This document shows, piece by piece, positions 27,566-39,663 of a stretch of DNA of 64,000 nt (position 1 is its first letter; each line of letters starts with the position of its first letter). The DNA comes from Gonapodya sp. JEL0774. Its lineage: Eukaryota. The DNA is taken from positions 62,001-126,000 of the forward strand of contig JADIIX010000019.1 of assembly GCA_027604505.1 (NCBI GenBank). Reading direction: 5' to 3'. The notes below the pieces were generated by a model. It was not told the DNA's origin. It worked only from the letters and a program-made list of their open reading frames with translations, and did not search any database. The translations under genes were made by a program, and so were the position numbers.

Positions 27566-27700
27566 GGGAGTCCACAAGTTTGCCTGCAAGAGGCAAGGGA
27601 GATTGAAAAAATGTAAGCGTTAGGAATCAGGCTGATCACTAGATACTTAGGTCCTGCCCTCATATGTGACACCAGCCGTCAACGGAAAACTAGAATCACC

Positions 27701-30700
27701 ATGAGCGCCGGTGGATCTTTGCATTTTCCACAGGTTGGACCAGTTTGACGCGTATATTCGAATACTATATTTGCGTCAACTCTCATTCTTCGCTGGACCC
27801 AAGGGAAGCGCCACGGCGACTGTATACAAGCTCATCAAGGACCGCCGATTTCTCGAGGCAATAAAGGTGCTCAAAGTCGAGTACGACATCCAACCGAAGA
27901 ACAGAGCTGCTCTCTCGCTTTTAGCAACATGCTACTACCATCTACAGGACTTCCCATCTGCTGCCACATAGTGCGTTGCCCTTTCTTTCCCGTGTTCCTG
28001 CAATAATACCTTCCACTTCATCGAATTCATTTGTTTCTTCTCTCGCTCACTCGTTCGCGGACTTTCTCTCTTTCTCTGACCTTTGCCGCCTTCGGATCCG
28101 AAGCTACGAGCAACTGGTCATACATTTTCCCGCGATACCAGACTACCGCCTATATTATGCACAAAGTCTCTACAAGGCAGGGCATTTCCATGCTGCTCAG
28201 AAGGCGTGCCTGACTATCTCCGCGCCGGAGCTTCAAACGAATGCGAGTGAAACCAATGGCGATTTGTCTGCCACAATGAAGACCTCATCCAGCATTCTTG
28301 ATGGTGATATGTTCCTCAACAAAAACAGGTTCTGAAACTTCAAGCGTCGATCAAGCTGATGGCCGAGGACTTAGTCGGATGCAAGGCAATAGTCGACCAG
28401 TGTTCCAAGGAAGACCCAGACACCACCCTCAACACGGGAACGTTGTTTTTCAGAGTGTGTTTCTCTTTGGATTCTTCTTGCGTCTCGTCTACTTCCGTCC
28501 TCTCAAAGTTTACAACACTTTCGCACTCACCCGCCGTTCCCACACGACATTCTTCATGCCATCTTTTCTCAACTTGCAACAGGATGGCAACTATCCCGCC
28601 GCCCTTCGAGCTTTCTCAGAAGTACTCAGAATTAATGGTTTCCATCCCGAGCTTGCCTACAACGTGGCACTGTGTCACTATATGATGCGTCATTACGTCC
28701 ACGCACTCAAGAATGTTTCCAATGTGGTGGAGAGGGGAATTAGAGATTTCCCAGGTGCGATATTTCAAACAATGGATGTTTGCTAAAATTACGAGTTGGA
28801 GGGCTGATAGCTCGAACAAAATTATTGGGTTGGAAACTAAGGGTATTTGAGACTTTGCAAGTGCCGTGGAATCATCCGGCTTCGGGCGTCCCTGATCGAG
28901 GCACTTCGACAGGAGGAAGGGAGACAGTAAAGAGACGGTGTGCGGAGCTGATGGCTTGAGTGAACATACACATCAGGCATGAAATGGCTGTTGTTGTTAC
29001 CTTCTCCTTAATGATGGCCGCACTCTAACTCATAATGCGTTTTCCTTGACGAAGAGCTTGGCGTCGGCATGGCCACAGAAGGTGTCGAGGTCAGGACCGT
29101 TCCGAACGACCAGACACTGCAGGACTCGTTCCTTGTAGAAGCATTCAACCTCAAGGCGGCCATCGAGTATAATCTCAAAAACCGTGGGTCTTAATTCTTT
29201 TCTCTGTGGCTCCGTGCTGACTGATCTCTTACTTTTAAATGTGAAATGGCTGCCTTACTTTCTCACACCAGTCGAAGGCGCCCGTGAAGCCCTTTCCGAT
29301 ATGCCTCCTCGTTTAGAATCTGACCTTGATCCTGTCACACTCCACAACGCTGCTTTAGCCCACATGGACAATGACCCAGCTGGTGGACTTGAGAAACTCA
29401 CATATCTGCTGCAGAACGTAACGTGTCCTCCGGAGGCGTTTGGAAACGTGCTGCTACTGTATGCAAAGTTTGAACACTGGGATGTCGCTGCAGATTTGAT
29501 CGCTGAAAATGGGCTTCTAGCGAGGCAGCAGCTGAGCGAGGTACCCGTCCCCATCTTCTGACCAGTAAGAGGTTCACAAACCGAGGTTACCAAGCTCACT
29601 ATCTCAACTGTTCAACCTAGGACACATTTGAGTACCTTAAAGCGGTTCTCCTCCGTCATTCTTCCCCTGAGGAGGCTTACAAGCGCTTTGAAGAGATGGG
29701 AGGTCATCATATTGATCGCCTACGCAGACTCAGCAAGGATGTTCAGGAGGCAAGGCAGGCTCATGACGACGAAGCGCTAAAAAAGAGCGTTGCAGAGTAT
29801 GATGTGGCTGTGGATAAGTAAGTACGCGCAAATAGCTTCTTCTTGGATGTGAAGATGAGGAAACGCGTGCGTGGTTTCTTCACAGGTATATAACAATTCT
29901 GATGGCTCAAGCGAAGATATATTGGGATCTTGAGAACTACGTGGCGGTCGAAAAGCTCTTCAGGAAATCTGTGGAATTCTGCAACGAAAATGAAACTTGG
30001 AAGCTCAATGTTGCGCATGTGCTTTTCATGCAAGAGAACAAGTACAAGGAGGCAATATCCTTCTACGAACCTATTGTGCGAAAATGTTCAGACAATGTGC
30101 GTGTAGCTTTAAGTTCAACGTGCTCTGATATCTCATTGTGCACTTGACGTCCAATAGATCCTTCGAGTTCCCGCCATTGTCTTGGCCAATCTCTGCGTCT
30201 CATACATAATGATGAGCCAGAATGAGGAAGCTGAGGAACTCATGAGGAAGATTGAAAAGGAAGAGGAGAGAGTTGGATACGAGGATCCGAACAAGCGTAT
30301 CTATCACCTCTGTATCGTAAATCTCGTGATCGGAACTCTATACTGTGCGAAAGGAAATTATGAGTTTGGAATCTCTCGAATCATAAAGAGTTTAGAACCG
30401 TTTGACAAGAAGGTGAGATGATCTTTGAAGTTTTATTGCCTCAACACTAAGTTTCCTTTGTTGGACAGTTAGGCACGGATACATGGTTCTATGCCAAACG
30501 CTGTCTAGCATCACTCTATGAAACCCTTGCGAAGCACATGATCATGATAAAAGATGCGGTCTTGGATGAGGTCTTGCATTTCTTCGATGCCTGCATACAT
30601 AATGGCCGCGCCATTCCGATCCATTTAGATAACGTACTTCCTGACGTCTTTGACCCCGTTCGAAACAACGTAGCGTACGAGGCACGATTGCTGAAAGCCG

Positions 30701-30789
30701 CTTACCTCAAGTTGGTGAGTGACGGTTTGCTGTTCTGGAACAACAAGTGCACAAATTCACACGAAGACATTTTATCACAGTATGATTAA
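27701..30789 (+). CDS. TTC30: Intraflagellar transport protein IFT70 / TTC30 (DYF-1, fleer), TPR protein
   Basis: NRAALSLLATCYY, YRLYYAQSLYKA, EALSDMPPR..LDPVTLHN, MAQAKIYW..VEKLFRKSVEFC..WKLNVAHVLFMQENKYKEA, YHLCIVNLVIGTLYCAKGNYEFGISRIIKSLEP and LGTDTWFYAKR. Confidence 0.95.
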
Positions 30790-30817
30790 ATCCATCACAT
30801 TAACCGCTTATGTAATT

Positions 30818-33800
30818 TCACACAACGTAGTCGAGCTCTGAAAAGTGATTTAGAGTAAAGTTTAACCCTCAGATAACAATTTTTAGGACTCGAGCTTACT
30901 CACCATACCGGATGTAGTGGTTCCGTTCGTCGTCCTCAATTCGGGGGTAAAATGCCACCAATGCGTCTTGCGCCCCAATGTAAACGTTGTTGTATATTTT
31001 CCAATAGATTTCTCGCACACGTCTCGCGGGATGGAACAACCCAGCCACCAGGTATTGAAGAATAACGTTCGGACCCAAGGATACTCGCATCCCATCAATT
31101 GCGTCTAAAACCGCATTGATGACATGTGGAGAGACCTCGAAAATGTTGGGCCAAATGTAATTCAGTAAATGCTGCAACGCGTCCTCGCAACCCAGGCCAA
31201 CGACGCCGAGAGCCATGTCTGTGTAATGTGCAAGAGAAGTTCAACTAGGATCTCACATCAAGTGCAGTGAAGAACATCGATCACTCACGCTTCACAGTAG
31301 TACAAGCGGTCTGTCGATGCACCAAGTCCCGGTCCATTAAAGCGTCTTCGAGCAGTGGGGTGACAGCATAAATGTAGTCTTTGCCCATCTCTCCAATGTA
31401 TTCAAAAAGGAAGGAAAGGGACTTAAGCACACCGTTCTGAACATTCAGTTCTGGCACACGATACTCGTTCATCAGGGCAGGAAGCACTGTAAAGGGACTG
31501 CAAGTTTCAGCGACGATGGCTGAATAAGCATGGTTCAGATTATAGTATAATGGCAAGATGACACGAGTGTATGAAACTCTTGCTCACCAATAGCGACAGT
31601 GGTACAGACACGATTTTGCCGCTCCTGAACCTTAAGGTTGTTAAGCAAGGTCGCGAGCACATCCTGAGGACCGATTGCTTTCGCAATATAACCAAATGTG
31701 TTGACGGCGGCACGTCGTATAGCCTTCTTATGTGCTTTGAGCATGTCCAAAAGCTCGAAGCAAATACGCATCCACTCTCGCGGGGACACAAATTCGGCAC
31801 CACGATCCGCAATACGTCCAACGAGGTCGATACTGAGGTAGGTACAGGTAGCTAGGCAAGGAGTTACGGTCGCGAAAATGGCGAATAAAGACTCACCAAT
31901 TTTCCTGCACCTTTTCGTGACGATTCTTGAGGATGGGTGTTAAGCGGGGAAGCAGGTCCTTGATCGGAGGGGTCATATTCTGCATACCAATGACGTTAAC
32001 AATCGCCTTCAATGCACCCAGAATAGATCCAAGGACTTCCGGATATTCTTCGCCCAGATACTCGTAAAGGACGACGCCTAAATGTGCCATAAGCTTGTCT
32101 TCCCCACAAGTTTTCATCACAACAGCAATACGAGAGACTAAGTCTGCTGCTTGCTGACGAACTTTAGCGCTCTTGTTGTTCAGTCGCCAGAGAATTGTGG
32201 ACGTGATCTGGGGCAAGTATGCCTTGACGCGCTCGCCGAGAGCATTGACGACAGTTCCAAAGCTGTTTTTTTTTGTTCACCAAGGATAGAGAGGTTTAGG
32301 TGAACAAACAATGCTGGAAACGATGATCATTCACTCACCCATTGAGCATTACAACATCCTCGACTGTTTGCTCTTGAAACGCATATAAGATACCGTCAAT
32401 CAATAACTCTTCCAATCGGTCATCAATGTCCGAGGACCCTAAGGAAGCAACGATCTTCTCTATGGTTTCCATCACCATTTTACGGTACTGCTCGCTTTCG
32501 TCTTTCAAGTCCTCCACGATCCTCTTCACTATTTCTGATGATCCCACCTTCTGAGCAAGCTCAACAGTAGTCTCCACGAGCTGTTTATAGTTTCTTCGGT
32601 CCAATGCCATCCGTCGGATCCAGAAGTGCTTGAAGAATTCGGGTAATATTTCCGCCTTGATGTATTGTGGCGGAACCCCTTCTGTCGCTGCACATTGCTT
32701 GACAACTTTGAGAACAATTTTCTTCATCTCTTCATCTGGGCTTTGAAACTCCCGGATCAAAACGATCATCACCTCTTTTGTGTACTCGTTGGCATACTCA
32801 GCGTCCATCAAAGGGATGATGTAGCCGATAGCTTTCAGAAATGCGGCCAACCCTTTGCCGCGGTGCTTCTTTATACCCGTCCAGAGAGGTTTTAGGACCG
32901 AGTCAAATGATTCAATACCATATGGAGCAGCAGCCTCGGCGAGAGCAGCAACAGCTAGAGCGGTGATTGTCCTGACCTTTTGCTGCTCGTCTTCAAGACC
33001 ATGTCCAATACATTCGACCAATTGCCTCAAATGGGGTAAGATTGCACAACCCATGAGAATTGAAATTTGTTGGACAATCTTGATACCAGTGTGCCGGGCC
33101 TGCCACGACTTCTTCGACCTGCAGACGGCCTTGAGGAAAGGAAGAAGCGCTGGAATTCCTAGGGCCGATGCGACCACGGAGAAAGCACGAGCGGTGGTAT
33201 TTCTGACGTATTCATCAACATGGTCAATATCAGGTCTCATAGTGGCAATCATGGTCGCCAGACCAGCAGCCTTTGCAAGGTTGGATATGATCTCGCGACC
33301 CTCGACTCGAGCATAGTAGTCCTCGTCGATGAGCAGGGGTTCAATGACAACAAGAATTTTGTGGACATAAGGGCGAACCAGGTCATCCAGCTTGTACAAA
33401 ATGCGATCGATGACTTTCACAAGAAGGTGGCGCTCTTGGTCCTCGAGGGTTGGCGACATGAGCAGTGGAAGGATCTGGTTGAATAAGGCGCCAGCACCGA
33501 ACTCGCGGGCCTTGTCTGTGATCTGCCGAAGTGCAACCTTCCGCATCGGCGGAGTACCATTCTTGATTTTTAAAAGAAGACGCATAATCTTGCGCTCCTT
33601 GAGTTCCTCAACCGACAAATCTGCATCATCCTTTTCGTCCATAAGCTTCCCAAAATGCTGGTAGTCCTCTGGCTTCATGAATGCCAAGCTCCCCACCCCA
33701 GGAATTTCGGCCCCTTGAAATTCCACACCAGATTGCGCCTGCTCCTCAGGCATCATGTATACCCCTCCAGCCTGCCCAGGTAGTGGCGTAGGTGTAGCCA

Positions 33801-35176
33801 TAAGTTTACGAGCTGGGGTTCGGATTGGTTGGTACGTAGCGGGTGGCTCAAGGATTTTATAACCCTCCTGTGGAAACATCGCATCTAACTCTTCGTCGGA
33901 GAGCGGGCGATTCCGCGCGTCGAGCTCCCGTTCCCAACGCATTGCTGTAAGCGCCTCCGGAGTCATGGGGACCTGAAGCTGACTTGGAGTAGGAGTCATC
34001 AGTCCAAGGTTCCCAATCGGAGTCGCAGATGCAAGACCGCCTGCCCCAATGTTGACTGGGGTCTCGTCCCAGCGTGATCTCTTCTTCGCAGTCGGTGTCG
34101 AATCTATTTCTCCCTGCGATGCAACAGGTGTCTCATCCCAACGGCTCCTTTTCTTAGCTCCTGCTTCGTCACCGGATACCGGTGTCTGGTCCCACCGGCT
34201 CCGCTTGGGCGTCGGAGCAGGCTCTTGCTCATCCTCCCACTCCGACTTGGAAGCGACGCTTGAGCCATTCAGGTTTGGTACAGTGTGTTGATCGGAATCC
34301 TCTGGGGCTTTTGCATCCCAACGACGTTTCTTGGCAGAGGCAACGTTTTGCACGGGAGCTGATTCCGAGGATGCAAGCGAAGCATTTCCTGTTCCGTCCT
34401 TTTGCTGCTCTTTCAACTTCCGAAGGAGCTCATCCTTCGCCCTGTCGAGCTCATGCTCCCGCATGACCTCAGAGTAACTTCGAACCTTGTCGCCATCAGA
34501 GTCTTTTACAACGTTTGCGAACGCGTCTTTACGTTCCGGACTCAGAATCCTGTTCATCCGGCGTTTGTGGTAGTCGTCCTCACGGTCAGCAATTTTCTTG
34601 CTGGGCACCATGCCGTCAAGTGGGTTGGTGTCAGCTCCTCCTTCCTCCAGTTCCTGCAAGAACTCCTTAGGTGCTGTTATGTTCCTCCGCTGAGCTGGAC
34701 GTGCATCGATATCCATGGAGTCTCCATCGTCGTTTACTGGAAGGGAGGTCTCATAGTCATCGAGGGTGCTACCTCCAAACAGATCTTCGTCGAAACTACG
34801 CAACGCCAAGAGAAACAATGAGATATAGCATTTAACGCAGTCGTAGGCAAAGTAAGCGAGCGGATGTACGGATTAAGGAGACGCAGTCAAGCAAGACTGA
34901 CGTTTAATCTCTGATGCGGAGAACGACCGGGATTCGAACAACACTCACGTCTCTCCGCTCCTCAGTTGAGACTTCTTCTCCTTGGCAGCAGCTGCGGAGG
35001 CAGCCTTTGCCTCAGCTTTTCTTTTCTCCCGCGCCGCCTGCGCTTGTTGTATCTGAGCTTCGAGGTCTTGGACGTCGACCGAAACACGAACGGTTGATGG
35101 ACCGCAAAACCATAAAAATGAGACTTCACTCCAATAGTCAACAGTTTTTATCGAACTCACCACCTTCCGGTTCCAT
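30818..35176 (-). CDS. SF3B1: Splicing factor 3B subunit 1 (SF3b155/Hsh155)
   Basis: RWD(E/Q)TP repeats, [29 protein letters not shown] region [18 protein letters not shown] and C-terminal [25 protein letters not shown]. Start inferred as MEPEG|DLEAQIQ. Confidence 0.97.
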
Positions 35177-35589
35177 TGTCTCTCGTTTGAACTGCGCTCT
35201 GAGTACTGGACTTGCACAGGGTGAAGACGGGTATGCCATAGTTCGTTGTTCAAACCGTACCCAGCCGCCTGAAACGTCGTCACGCCGCCAGAAATGCTCA
35301 ACAGCAGAGATATGTAACAAGGAGAGTGGCTCCTCAAGAATCGCGGCCTGGAGACGTATCGTGGATGTCTGATCCAACTTTTCCAACTAAACTCCGTTTC
35401 ACGGAGAGCCGGTCATGGGACCTCAACGAGAAGGTGCAAATGCTTTGAAGTGATTGTTGATTGTTTGAAGATGCTCCCAAGTGTTAGAACTGACATATCC
35501 GAGAAGTCAGAGACACTCCCAAGTTTACTTTTTTACCTTTCAAATGGGAACTCTTCGTATTTACATTTCGCTCTACAGTAAGGAAGCCA

Positions 35590-38500
35590 TCATTGGAAGT
35601 ATTCCTTCAAATCCTTCAGCGTTTCCTGCTCCTTGAATCCACCGAGTCCTTTCTCAATTCTCTCGCTCAGCGCGCCTGCCACCTCGTTAAACAGATGGAA
35701 GCAGCGCGCACACTTCTCAATCCGCTTTTCCCGGTTTAAATCTACGCCTGGTGAGTTCTGCACTGACACGTCGAGATTAGATCGCACGACGAGAGCGAAA
35801 TGACGTGCGAGTATTTTGGTGGTCTCGCAAGCGGCGTCTGCAAATCTGATCAAGCAGAGATTAACCCGCGCTAGGCATTAGAATTACTCCATCGTTGTAC
35901 AACCACACATTGAAGAGACTCACTCATCTCCAGGATCGACTAGCGCTTGGATAATAGCAGGGAGCACATTTAAGCACGAGTCTAAGGTCAGTCCCTTTGG
36001 ATTGGCAACAATAGCCACTTGCAAATCCGACCAAATTGCAACGTCCGCGACACGAACTGCCGTCTCCACGGCGGGTCCGTAATTGCTAGTGTCCCACTGC
36101 TGAGCAATAAGGCGAAGAGATGCGAGACGGTTTGTAAGAGTGGCCAGCACTGAATGGTGACGGCTGCGTAACGCGTCAAGGAGGTCAGACTCGGAAGTAA
36201 AAGTTTGGGTGCGAGCGTTGGCCTCGTCAAATTCCAATGGGACCTGCTCCACTCTGCTCGAATACGGCAAGGGATCCCCTATACTTCCCTGACCCTCTTC
36301 TCCTCCAATCGTCTGTTCTTTTCGGAGCGATGCTGGTCGCTTCAGAGCATCTGACCCTGCACTCCCCGATGGCGCCATCGCCGGCTCATCTATCACACTC
36401 CGGTTCCTTGCAAGGTGTTTTGTTGATAGCGTGTTCTGGGGTCCTGTTGTAAGTGATACTGTGGGAACTCCATCATTGAACCCTCGGGCGGAACTCAATT
36501 TTGGTGCACAAGAACTAGTATCAGCAGGGGCAGAGGTTGGTGGAGCGCTGGAAATCTGGTCGTTTTCTATAGATAGGGGCGGAACTGGCTCCGCGGGCTC
36601 GAGGTCGAGGTCGTCCAAAGGGGGGGAAGCAGTATGGGTTGGATGTGCCGGAAGAAGTGAATCTGGTGAATCTGGCGGTGCGCCATGAATGGTTCTATGT
36701 GAACGCGAAGATCAGCAGTACCGTAACATTACCTGAACCACTTCTCCACTTCCCCGAGTTTGTGTTCGAATATCTTCTCCATCCATTTCCTCGACCTGAA
36801 TCAGTTAACTCTTTTATTAGTGTGAAAATCACTAGAACATCACACAATCCAACAAGATGAACAGCAGCTTAGAAAACTTACGGTGCGCAGAAAGGTATCT
36901 TGTCCCATCTCCATCCAGATTGTCGGGATCATCCCCTCCTTTTGGCATCCTCAATATTGGTTCCAATGGTGACTCCGCACTCTTTCTCTCGCCAGGATCC
37001 GCACGTAATGTGAATGATCTCGCGACAATATCCTCCTCATCACCACCATCAGCTCCGGCGGTGTAAGTGGCCGATGCAAGACCATCGATTGGCGCGACTC
37101 GCTGATCCGCAGGTGATATGCCGAGAAGTATCAACAGTGCCAAAAATACGGACAGAAATCAACAGCACAACACCCACGCTTAAATCTACATCCCATATGG
37201 TAACGTTATTCTGTCTGAGAGTTGCCGCCACAAGTCTGTTTTCACCGTGCACGAGCTTCAAATCCGCAACTGGAGATGCGTTCGGAAGGGAGGGCTGCGG
37301 CATGGAACCTATAGCTGAGCCACGAATAGGAGAGGAAGCAGATGAGATAGAGGCGCTAGAGGGACGGGGGGAAGGATTGGCGGTGGCTGAAGCATCCCAG
37401 GGTATGACTACCGTGTCGAGGAGAAGCGTCGGTTCGAAGGACCATGTCTGTCGGTGAGAAAATGGTGGGATCCCAGCGATGCTGAGCCGAGCCTAAGCAA
37501 ATCAGCGAGTATAACATATACCATAACACCTGCCGACGTCGCTACAACCACTCCACTTCCTTCACTCCGAAATTCCACAACACCGGGTCGCCCTTTGACA
37601 GACCCAGCTCCGATCCCTTCAAATGTGGTTAGGTCGTAACCGCGAAGCATCTTGTCCATCCCCAGCGTAGCCATCGAGAACTCCGATGGGTTGAAAGCCA
37701 TAGACGTTACGGCAGCCGTATGATCGTGGAACTTTTGGAGGAGGCGGCCGGCGGTCATATCCCAAATCTACGGTGCATCGTTTTGCCATAGAGAGTAGAG
37801 AGGACAGTGAAACGATCGGTGACAGAAAGATGAGAGTCGCAGCTTCGGCCCTTCCACTTTCCCTCGATGTATTCTCACCTTGACCGCACCCCGATCTCCT
37901 CCGACTGCAATCCACCGACCATCGGGGCTAATCTTAACCACTACCACATTCTCCTCCGCGTTATACGTTTGTATGCACCCTTTGCGTCTCACATCCCAAA
38001 TCTTGCATGTTCCATCTCCCGATCCTGATGCGAAAAATTCCCCAAAAGGGTGGAATTCGAGAGTTGTGGTGGGCTGGGAGGGTTTGTGGCCGGTAAGCGT
38101 ACGGATGACTATTGGAAGCATTCCGATGGCAGACGGGGAGAGGGGTGCGTATGGAGGGAGGGACGAGAAAGGGGGGTCGAATGGGAACCATCCGGAAAAA
38201 GGTGTCAGGATCAGAAGGAATTGATTGGCAGTACGAGATGCAAAGAAGATACAGGAGCGCGAGGCCAGAACAATCGACAATTGGTCCGGGTTCCATCTCT
38301 GAAGCGCCCTTAAAAATAGCACGAGCACCCTCCACCAACCTTTTGAATGATCCAAATCCCATAGCTTAATCGTTCCGTTTGCGGCTCCAGCGACTGCAAT
38401 CTCCTCTGGCCAGTCGAGAGTGACGGATTCGATTGGGGAGGTGTGACCCGTGAGGGACTGGGTGACGAATGGTGCGAGTTAGCGCAGTGGGTTGGGAGGG

Positions 38501-39049
38501 GTTTGAAAGGTGAGGGTGGCCATGGGAAAGAGGTATAGGATGGGTCGTCTCTCTTCGCCAGCCTTTGCTCCGCACACCCAGTTATAGGCGTCACTAAATC
38601 CAGGTGTCAGACTCCTGGCATTCCATATCAACCTCTGCTTTCTGGTTTTCCCACTGTTGCTTAAATGATCCAAGGTGACTGACTCAACTCTTTATGCCCT
38701 TCCTTACCCTGCCGCTATATCGCAGCGTGTGAAAATTGATCCCGTAAAGCGCACACTTATCATTTGATAAATCCGACAGGTGTTTGTGATCCAGCAGACC
38801 CAAATGAATTGCCCATGAAAGGTACTGAAGCACCCAGCTGCTCGTTTCTTCCAACTACTTCAGTGCCACGGTCCTCATCAAATCTCGCATACGTACCATG
38901 ATTGCCTGCGGCTTCCCTACAGCCCAAACGTTGACACGTCTGTCATCGCCCCCTGTGACCATCACCCGGCCTGACTTCCTGCCGATCGCCACGCATGTCA
39001 CAGTCGATGCATGCGCGGGCAAATCATCTTCAATCGCCCATTGTTTCAT
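35590..39049 (-). CDS. KATNB1: Katanin p80 WD40 subunit B1
   Basis: AHASTVTCVAIGRKSGRVMVTGGDDRRVNVWAVGKP, FHPFGEFFASGS..KIWDVRRKGCIQTY and ISPDGRWI. C-terminal con80 domain RHHSVLATLTNRLASL..LTLDSC..VDLNREKRIEKC. Confidence 0.95.
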
Positions 39050-39663
39050 TTTCGTGGGTCGCAAGACAAGCCGATTGGTGGAGGAGCGGGATGGATCAGA
39101 CGACAAGAACCATACGCCAAGGAGTGAAGAGCCGAAGGAGTCGAGACAAGCCGAACTCAGCGCCAATAGCCGATGCACTCAAGGGGAACATACACAGCCG
39201 ATTCGCTCGTACGTCCATGCAGAAAGCCACAACAAACAGAATCGATGGGGGTGTCTGGGCGGCTTTGATGAAGGGCCGATTGTAGTCTCAGTCTCACCTC
39301 TCCAACGTCTGCCAAAAGAATACAAGCTGTTTAGGATGCCTTCTCATCTGTGTCATGAGTACATCACATAGTACTTCTTTAGTTATTCTTTTGTACCCCC
39401 ACTCCTTTACGCCCGACCCAGATAAACGATCTTCCCTTTTCAAACACGACTGCAAGAGATTAGGTTTACCGTGTGTTGTTCCCCGTGGTTTGGTAAATTA
39501 CTGTGAAAGGTGAAAATATATTACTGTGGAAGGTGCTTGGTCAAAGGTGCTCCGTCTGGCCGTGATCGTGATGACTGACCAACTTCGCACACTCAAGCTA
39601 CCTGCCATTTGTTTGTCCACACGATCTGCAAACTCTCGAATCAAACATTCTACCCCGGCTCAC

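Noticed and set aside
27566..27700. RFX X-box upstream of IFT70 or other ciliary genes
   Set aside because: Only a weak gtcaacggaaaac; no match to the GTNRCC-N(0-3)-RGYAAC consensus.
32850..33250. SF3B1 cancer hotspot positions (E622, R625, H662, K666, K700 equivalents)
   Set aside because: All appear wild type ([21 protein letters not shown]).
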